In this document: positions 58,737 to 64,000 of the stretch, in pieces
How the letters are laid out: each line of letters starts with the position of its first letter
Numbering within the stretch: position 1 is the first letter of the stretch
Origin: Patescibacteria group bacterium
GTDB taxonomy: Bacteria; Patescibacteriota; Minisyncoccia; Phycocordibacterales; JAKFXT01
Reading direction: 5' to 3'
Length of the DNA stretch: 64,000 nucleotides
Assembly: GCA_021731245.1 (NCBI GenBank)
Contig: JAKFXT010000002.1
Coordinates: 24,164 to 88,163 of the forward strand
Notes under the pieces: generated by a model
The model's input: only the letters and a program-made list of their open reading frames with translations
Databases searched by the model: none
Told to the model about the DNA's origin: nothing
Made by a program: the position numbers and the translations under genes

Positions 58737-59195
58737 CTATTTCTTATTAAGAGCCAACTTTGCTTCAGTTTTTAACTTAGCTATTTTTGGTCCCCAACAA
58801 GGCTTTGAGGCACTCCATGGTTGTAAGCCTTCTCTCTCATAGAGATATCTAGCGTATGCCATATTGCCTTTCAAGTCATAGATGTCGTAACCAAGTTCTT
58901 CTGAGTCTACCTGATGGTAGTGCTCATTAACCTGCATAACACCTACGTCCTTACTATTAACCACACCGCGAATCGTATTACCTTCACTATCCGCTTGGCG
59001 GAAACGTGACTCACAATACGCTACTTGAATCATCTCTGGGATGTCTTCAAAGTATGAACGAACTTCTTTTTCAACGAAAATGTATTTCTTATTCTCCTTG
59101 CGGGAACTTTCCGTTATTAGCACTTCCTCCTGTTTAGGAGTTGGTACTTGTTCGTTTACCGGTTGATTATCATTATTGTTAATGTTCGAGATCAA
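58737..59195 (-). CDS. Transglycosylase-like (lysozyme-like) domain protein. Start codon uncertain (TTG in the track, no in-frame ATG).
   Basis: VAYCESRFRQ...GVMQVNEHYH resembles Rpf/SLT-like transglycosylase domains (CES...G..Q.N..W). The in-frame upstream region encodes a hydrophobic stretch without an ATG. Confidence 0.45.
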   Translation of the reverse strand: MISNINNNDNQPVNEQVPTPKQEEVLITESSRKENKKYIFVEKEVRSYFEDIPEMIQVAYCESRFRQADSEGNTIRGVVNSKDVGVMQVNEHYHQVDSEELGYDIYDLKGNMAYARYLYEREGLQPWSASKPCWGPKIAKLKTEAKLALNKK

Positions 59196-59579
59196 AAAAA
59201 GTATTCCTGTTGCTAACCCGATAATAGTCGTATTTTAGCTCCTAATGTCGTCTAGGGATTTCCTTTTGACACAGGTTTTGTGCCAAACATTCGCCCCTAA
59301 ATGAAAAAACCAGATGTTATCTGATTTCTTTTATACTATCATATTTTTATTCTTCTGTCAATACTTCCCAATAAATTCACCATTTGGTCAATGGATAATA
59401 AATGGCTATAAATATAGCTATTTTTCCATTTTTCATCTCACAATAGGTTATGACTTTTTTCAAACCTTACCAAGGACGGGCTGCCAAGAGCCCATCTTCA
59501 ATCCCCTATCCCCACTTATGCTTCCTTATTACCCCCCAATTTGCGATAATCTAGTCATTAAAAATTTTTAAACTATATT

Positions 59580-60047
59580 ATGTTGAATAAACTAATGGGT
59601 TGTCAGTGGTGTTCAGATGCTTGGCAAGATGCGGGCAAGCTTGTGCTACGTGTTGTGCTCGGTGCGGTTTTGTTTATGCACGGCTATCAGAAAGTCGTCA
59701 CAGTAGGAGTTGATCAAGTTACAGCTGGGCTCTTTGGAGCAGGTGCTCTAAATTGGCCAATGCCATCACTTTGGGCCTACTTGGTAAGCTATGGTGAATT
59801 AATCGCTGGAGCACTTCTTATTGTCGGATTATTCACTCACTGGGCGGCTAAAATTGGTGTTGTGATTGCCACAGTCGCCCTTTTTTCAGTACATATAAAA
59901 AATGGTTTCTTCTTAGGAACTGGAGGATATGAATACATACTCCTTATTCTTGCAGCATCTGTCGCTATAATGACTACAAGTTCTGGAAAATATTCAGTAG
60001 ACACTTGGTGTAAAAACAGAAACTCTTCAATGGGAGGAGGAATGTAA
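59580..60047 (+). CDS. DoxX-family membrane protein
   Basis: Four TM helices with the DoxX-like LRVVLGAVLFMHGYQKV... pattern. Confidence 0.65.
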   Translation: MLNKLMGCQWCSDAWQDAGKLVLRVVLGAVLFMHGYQKVVTVGVDQVTAGLFGAGALNWPMPSLWAYLVSYGELIAGALLIVGLFTHWAAKIGVVIATVALFSVHIKNGFFLGTGGYEYILLILAASVAIMTTSSGKYSVDTWCKNRNSSMGGGM

Positions 60048-60079
60048 TCTCAAATTACAGGATTCTCAAAAGAAACCCC

Positions 60080-60112
60080 CGTCAGAGTCTAGGCTCTGAC
60101 GGGGGTTTGACT
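60080..60112 (+). terminator. Rho-independent terminator
   Basis: CCCGTCAGAG-tctagg-CTCTGACGGG followed by ggtttgacttt. Confidence 0.5.
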
Positions 60113-60132
60113 TTAATAAACACAAATATATA

Positions 60133-60567
60133 GTGATTTTGGACAACAAATTCTGCACCCACACACAGGAGATTCCACCAATGGAACCCGTTTGCTCAGT
60201 AAACACCTTCAAACAGCTCATGAGCTTAATCGTCCTTATTGCTTTTTTCGGGGCAATCATCGGAATGGTTGTCTTCTTCATCACCCGCCGGCAAAATGCG
60301 GGTACCATTCTGGAAACTGCCGCTTGGAGCTCACAATATCTGACTCCTGGAATTTACAGATTTCAAATAATCAATCGAAGTCTGGGGTTAGTCGCGCTTC
60401 AAAAAACTTCAGGCGATACCTTGCGTGTCTGGAAGTTTACAGCAGGGTTGCCATCTGCTTTTGACGGAAGTGACCAGGACGAGGGATTGATAACATACGA
60501 CCCGGGAGTCGATTCGATACATTACAGTGACAGATGGGCAAATACACCCAAGCTGGTTGGTGCTTAA
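60133..60567 (+). CDS. Hypothetical membrane-anchored protein
   Basis: One TM helix (LMSLIVLIAFFGAIIGMVVFFI). Followed by the terminator GCCGCCTACGT-ggaa-ACGTAGGCGG. Confidence 0.4.
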   Translation: MILDNKFCTHTQEIPPMEPVCSVNTFKQLMSLIVLIAFFGAIIGMVVFFITRRQNAGTILETAAWSSQYLTPGIYRFQIINRSLGLVALQKTSGDTLRVWKFTAGLPSAFDGSDQDEGLITYDPGVDSIHYSDRWANTPKLVGA

Positions 60568-60582
60568 ATCCATCTCCTTCTT

Positions 60583-60615
60583 CAAAGGCCGCCTACGTGG
60601 AAACGTAGGCGGTTG
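60583..60615 (+). terminator. Rho-independent terminator
   Basis: gccgcctacgtggaaacgtaggcggttgtttta. Confidence 0.6.
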
Positions 60616-60621
60616 TTTTAT

Positions 60622-61014
60622 TTATCCAACGTAAACAAAATCATTAGTTGGATTCGGCTCGTCAGATTTCTTAAAGCCATTCTTAATCCAAAAGTTTTCA
60701 CTAGGAGTCTGTACCTGCACAGCACGAATATCCTTTAAATTATTTTCCTGTGCCCAAGACAATACAGATTCTATTGATTTACTTCCAAAACCACTATTTT
60801 TCTGACTATCTGGTAGCGTTGTCATATTTGTTATAACCAAATCTGCCCCACTGTAATCTTTTAATACTATTCTTATGGTTGTCATAGCGTCTTCAAATGG
60901 AAATTTAACAATGTAGGCATTTTCAGATAAATTATCTAATTCTACAGTTGCTCCATAATTTTTCAGAAGCTCCATCCTAGGGTCATATGATATTTTTTCT
61001 ATTTTATTTTCCAT
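60622..61014 (-). CDS. GNAT-fold acetyltransferase-like protein
   Basis: A loose motif A (GFGSKSIESVLSWAQEN) and C-terminal SENFWIKNGF. Confidence 0.4.
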   Translation of the reverse strand: MENKIEKISYDPRMELLKNYGATVELDNLSENAYIVKFPFEDAMTTIRIVLKDYSGADLVITNMTTLPDSQKNSGFGSKSIESVLSWAQENNLKDIRAVQVQTPSENFWIKNGFKKSDEPNPTNDFVYVG

Positions 61015-61023
61015 AGCCCTGAC

Positions 61024-61617
61024 TTATTTCCACGGCATCTCAAACTTATCAAATTCTGGCAAAAACTTTTTATCATAAAGCAGTCTGTGTGCCACTTCTG
61101 CGTGTGAAATCGCTCCAGTCAAAGCATTGTGTGGCTTTGGTTCTTCCGGAATACCACAATATTGCAAAACGGCATCAAGATTTAACGCTGAGTGGCGTTT
61201 AATTTCATCAAATGGTGGCACCAGCCCTCTCTTTATTATGTGCATATAACAAAGAGAATGAGTGTCAATAATTCTATGAGCCAAAGAACATTCGAGATGA
61301 ATTCTTGCGCAAGCATGCTTTATGAAATCTCTATCAAAAGAAACATTTTGTCCGACTAAGGTTCTATCCTCACAACTATCAATCCAACGCATAAACTTCT
61401 CTACCAATTCCCCCTCAGTCTGTTTTTTAGTATCAGTTATTTCTTCGTCCGTCTGTCCATGTATAGCAGTCGCTTCCTCTGAAATGTGTGCCCCATCCCA
61501 AATACGACATTCGCCATAAAAGCGCTTATCTTTGTCATTCAAATCAACTGCTCCAATACTTATAATAGAATGTGTATTTGGATTAGTGCCTGATGCTTCT
61601 ATGTCTATAGCTATCAT
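61024..61617 (-). CDS. DEDDh-family 3'-5' exonuclease (DnaQ-like)
   Basis: Exo I (IAIDIEASG), Exo II (LVGQNVSFDRDFI) and Exo III (HNALTGAISHAEVAHRL, the H-x4-D type). Confidence 0.7.
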   Translation of the reverse strand: MIAIDIEASGTNPNTHSIISIGAVDLNDKDKRFYGECRIWDGAHISEEATAIHGQTDEEITDTKKQTEGELVEKFMRWIDSCEDRTLVGQNVSFDRDFIKHACARIHLECSLAHRIIDTHSLCYMHIIKRGLVPPFDEIKRHSALNLDAVLQYCGIPEEPKPHNALTGAISHAEVAHRLLYDKKFLPEFDKFEMPWK

Positions 61618-61632
61618 CCCTGTAGTGAAATT

Positions 61633-61911
61633 TCAGTTTGTTAAATCTTTCGACTTTTTACTATACAAAAACTCTTTTAATCGTCTTTTCAGTAGTCTAC
61701 CACCTTGGGTTGTTTTTAAATAATATTCTCGTCTCCTAGCGTCTTTTTCATCCAAGCACGCTTCATAATAAATTATTTTCCAAGGCTTATATTTTTTAGT
61801 CGAAAGATTTAACCCTTGATTATGTTCTTTAAACCTCTTTTTTAAATCACTAGTAAACCCTATATAAATCTCTCCATTTTTATCACTTTGTAATACATAG
61901 TTGTAGAACAT
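61633..61911 (-). CDS. GIY-YIG domain nuclease-like protein (UPF0213/YhbQ-like)
   Basis: FYNYVLQS...GEIYIGFTSDLKKRFKEHN...E carries the GIY...YIG...R...E...N signature. Confidence 0.8.
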   Translation of the reverse strand: MFYNYVLQSDKNGEIYIGFTSDLKKRFKEHNQGLNLSTKKYKPWKIIYYEACLDEKDARRREYYLKTTQGGRLLKRRLKEFLYSKKSKDLTN

Positions 61912-61950
61912 AATCGAACTGAAATTCTACTACGGGGTCATTTCTTTGTT

Positions 61951-62310
61951 TTATAAACCTTTGCAATTAGAGGCCTTATTATAACCTGCTTTTTCCGCTT
62001 CCTCCGAATTTTCAAAAGTGATTAGATTTTCTGGCTTTATTTTTAAAGCCCCAGGGCACCATGGCAAATGATAAACTTTACCGTTTTTTGACCCCACTAC
62101 CCCACCATTTGTAACCGGCAGAGAATTGGCCACCGAAGCCACTAAATCTGATGAATCTGCTGAATTAATTATAGAAATAGGCTCTTTTTTCTGTTGTTTT
62201 ACAGAAAGCCGGCCCAAACCAAAACTGCCGAGCCCCACCAAAATAATGACAATAATGAGTATAATCTCGTCCTTGCCTTTTAGCTCAAAATGTTTTAAAC
62301 TCTCTTTCAT
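61951..62310 (-). CDS. Membrane-anchored protein with a C-terminal sunset-like domain (YHxxxC...GYxxxxxC)
   Basis: One TM helix, then KVYHLPWCPG...AEKAGYNKASNC. Confidence 0.35.
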   Translation of the reverse strand: MKESLKHFELKGKDEIILIIVIILVGLGSFGLGRLSVKQQKKEPISIINSADSSDLVASVANSLPVTNGGVVGSKNGKVYHLPWCPGALKIKPENLITFENSEEAEKAGYNKASNCKGL

Positions 62311-62354
62311 TCCTCAGATTATACTTTAATTAGGATAAAAAATAACACTTAAAT

Positions 62355-62627
62355 ATGGCATCAAGAAAAGCGGGGGGTTCCGCCAAAAACCTGACTGACT
62401 CAAATGCTCAATACCTGGGTATTAAACTTTACGCGGGAGAAATTGCCAAAATTGGTAATGTAATAGTCCGCCAAAGAGGTACTGACATAATGGCAGGAAC
62501 TAATGTATCTTTAGGTAAAGACCACACTCTATTTGCATCAAAAGACGGTATCGTTTCATACGGCACAAAAAGAAAAACCCATTTCAATGGAAAAACTGTC
62601 GTTAAAAAGATAGTGCACGTAAAATAA
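62355..62627 (+). CDS. rpmA: 50S ribosomal protein L27
   Basis: KAGGSAKNLTDSNAQYLGIKLYAGE...RQRGTDIMAGTNVSLGKDHTLFA is the L27 signature. Confidence 0.9.
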   Translation: MASRKAGGSAKNLTDSNAQYLGIKLYAGEIAKIGNVIVRQRGTDIMAGTNVSLGKDHTLFASKDGIVSYGTKRKTHFNGKTVVKKIVHVK

Positions 62628-62632
62628 ATAAA

Positions 62633-62662
62633 AAAACCCGCCGACCTAGGCGGGTTTTTTCT
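62633..62662. terminator. Bidirectional rho-independent terminator
   Basis: aaaaaaaCCCGCCgacctaGGCGGGttttttc. Confidence 0.7.
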
Positions 62663-62665
62663 TGA

Positions 62666-62869
62666 TCAGGAAATTCCCAGCTCGCAAGAGGGCGGTATAC
62701 CAAAATCTGCCAGTTTCTTGTCGCCCTTGGCGATAGCCGTCACATCATCGAAGCTCAGCTGGGGATAGTCCTCGAGGATCTGACAACGGAGCTTGAGTTG
62801 CTGCATACTCAAGCCTTCGACATTTGCCTGTATTGCGTTGGAATTTTCAAGAACCTTTTTTGCAATCAT
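62666..62869 (-). CDS. Hypothetical small GC-rich protein, the last gene after rplI on the minus strand
   Basis: SD AAGGAGA precedes the second Met. GC ~50% over ~200 bp within an AT-rich context. Confidence 0.35.
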   Translation of the reverse strand: MIAKKVLENSNAIQANVEGLSMQQLKLRCQILEDYPQLSFDDVTAIAKGDKKLADFGIPPSCELGIS

Positions 62870-62913
62870 CCACATTCTCCTTAGGTGATGTGCTTACTAA
62901 TAAAAAATTTAGC

Positions 62914-63357
62914 TTACATTCTTTCTATAGTCAATTTAAACTTCCCTTCCCTATTATTTATCTTTATTTTTATTGAATGTTCCCCAACGATTTTTATAGG
63001 TTCATCTAAAACAATAGCTCCATCTGGTAACTCCAACCGAGTTTGCTTTTTAAGAGCCTCAGCTATTTCTTTACTATGAATCTTGGCATATAAATGACCT
63101 TCTTCATTCGCCTTTCCTTTTATAGTAACGACAGTATTTTTAATCGTTTCAAAATTACTATTAAGTAACTCTTCCTGTATTTTCAAATGAGCAGAGTGTT
63201 CGGCCTGTTTCTCCTTAACGCGAGCGAGAGCTTCGGGGGTGGCTGTCTCCACCAATTTCTTAGGTATTAAAAAGTTAATAGCATGTCCAGAAGACACCTC
63301 TTTAACTTCGTATTTCTTTCCAAGTTTTGGAACATCTTTAAGTAAAATTACTTTCAT
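62914..63357 (-). CDS. rplI: 50S ribosomal protein L9
   Basis: MKVILLKDVPKLGKKYEVKEVSSGHAINFLIPKKL is the L9 N-domain. Confidence 0.9.
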   Translation of the reverse strand: MKVILLKDVPKLGKKYEVKEVSSGHAINFLIPKKLVETATPEALARVKEKQAEHSAHLKIQEELLNSNFETIKNTVVTIKGKANEEGHLYAKIHSKEIAEALKKQTRLELPDGAIVLDEPIKIVGEHSIKIKINNREGKFKLTIERM

Positions 63358-63369
63358 ATATTTATTTCA

Positions 63370-64000
63370 TTATTGCATTTTTACCGTAATTTGCGGAGTA
63401 TTTAAAATCCAATCACCTGAACTTGTAGCGTTCTCTTTTCTCAATATTTCCGCCGCCTTTTCTAATTGAATGTCTCCCTCTTTTGCATATTGGTCTTGCG
63501 TCATCTTAACCTCAATGTCTGGCACAATACCTTGTTTTGAAATAGAGACGCCGTTTGGGGTGAGCCAGCGAGCAATAGTAACCTTAAGAGATGTCTTGTC
63601 CGAAATTTGTATTAATTCTTGCACAGACCCTTTACCAAAAGTTTTTTCTCCAATAATTCTCGCTTTTCCATGATCACGCAGTGCTCCAGCCAAAATTTCT
63701 GATGCTGAAGCAGATCCACCGTTTACCAAAATAAGCATTTTCAATTTGTCATTAAAAATATTATAGCCACTACTTCTGTGAGTTTTCTCATTCTTAGCGT
63801 CGCCTGAATCTTCTCTGACCACTATTTTTCCAGGAGCGAGAAACCAGCTAGCAATATCCACAGCAGATTCCAAATATCCCCCTGGATTATTTCTTAAATC
63901 TAAAATTAATTTGTCACTACCTGAATCCACAAAAGCACGGAGTGCTTCTCTAAATTTACCGAAAGAAATTTCAGAAAAATTATATAATTTAATTACATAT
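63370..64000 (-). CDS. ctpA: Carboxyl-terminal processing (tail-specific) protease, S41 family. The C-terminal part only; the gene continues past the window end.
   Basis: LILDLRNNPGGYL, catalytic-region motifs (GEKTFGKGSVQ), and an open frame extending to position 64000. Confidence 0.8.
   Translation of the reverse strand, partial: YVIKLYNFSEISFGKFREALRAFVDSGSDKLILDLRNNPGGYLESAVDIASWFLAPGKIVVREDSGDAKNEKTHRSSGYNIFNDKLKMLILVNGGSASASEILAGALRDHGKARIIGEKTFGKGSVQELIQISDKTSLKVTIARWLTPNGVSISKQGIVPDIEVKMTQDQYAKEGDIQLEKAAEILRKENATSSGDWILNTPQITVKMQ

Noticed and set aside
59314-59571. 85-aa plus-strand ORF in the AT-rich gap before the DoxX gene
   Set aside because: No RBS and low-complexity sequence. 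It lies in a clearly non-coding promoter region.

Overview
This is an AT-rich (roughly one-third GC), gene-dense bacterial chromosomal segment. Almost all house-keeping genes have no Shine-Dalgarno (SD) sequence, several conserved proteins are unusually short (ATP synthase epsilon and delta, AlaRS), AspRS is archaeal-type, and there is no murD between mraY and ftsW. This pattern fits a reduced-genome lineage such as the CPR/Patescibacteria, but that is inference, not proof.

House-keeping core:
- A complete F-type ATP synthase operon (atpBEFHAGDC).
- ychF, five aminoacyl-tRNA synthetases (leuS, alaS, trpS, aspS, gltX), mnmA and mltG.
- The block infA-rpmJ-rpsM-rpsK-rpsD-rpoA-rplQ plus rplM-rpsI, and grpE-dnaK-dnaJ.
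- plsC, a histidine kinase with a multi-pass membrane domain, scpAB-mraY-ftsW-murG, an M23 peptidase, and rpmA / rplI / ctpA (partial) at the right edge.

Four things stand out:
1. A ~140-bp element with ~28-bp imperfect terminal inverted repeats is present three times inside the ATP synthase operon. Each copy ends exactly on the ATG of the next gene (atpB, atpF, atpA).
2. LeuRS carries a complete Nudix hydrolase domain inserted after the editing-domain HDxRD motif.
3. A compositional island at ~51.3-54.7 kb (GC near 50%) is built differently from the host. It has small genes with strong SD sequences, convergent rho-independent terminators, repeated 17-25-nt motifs, near-consensus promoters and a GC-rich structured non-coding segment.
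4. The accessory stretch from ~55.5 to ~62.3 kb lies between the island and rpmA. It carries an endonuclease-like protein, a cupin, a NADAR/YbiA protein, two tandem paralogs that by recall resemble DUF1653, a GC-rich Trp-rich protein, a transglycosylase-like protein, DoxX, GNAT, a DEDDh exonuclease, GIY-YIG and a sunset-domain protein.

I found no CRISPR array, reverse transcriptase, integrase/transposase or tRNA gene.
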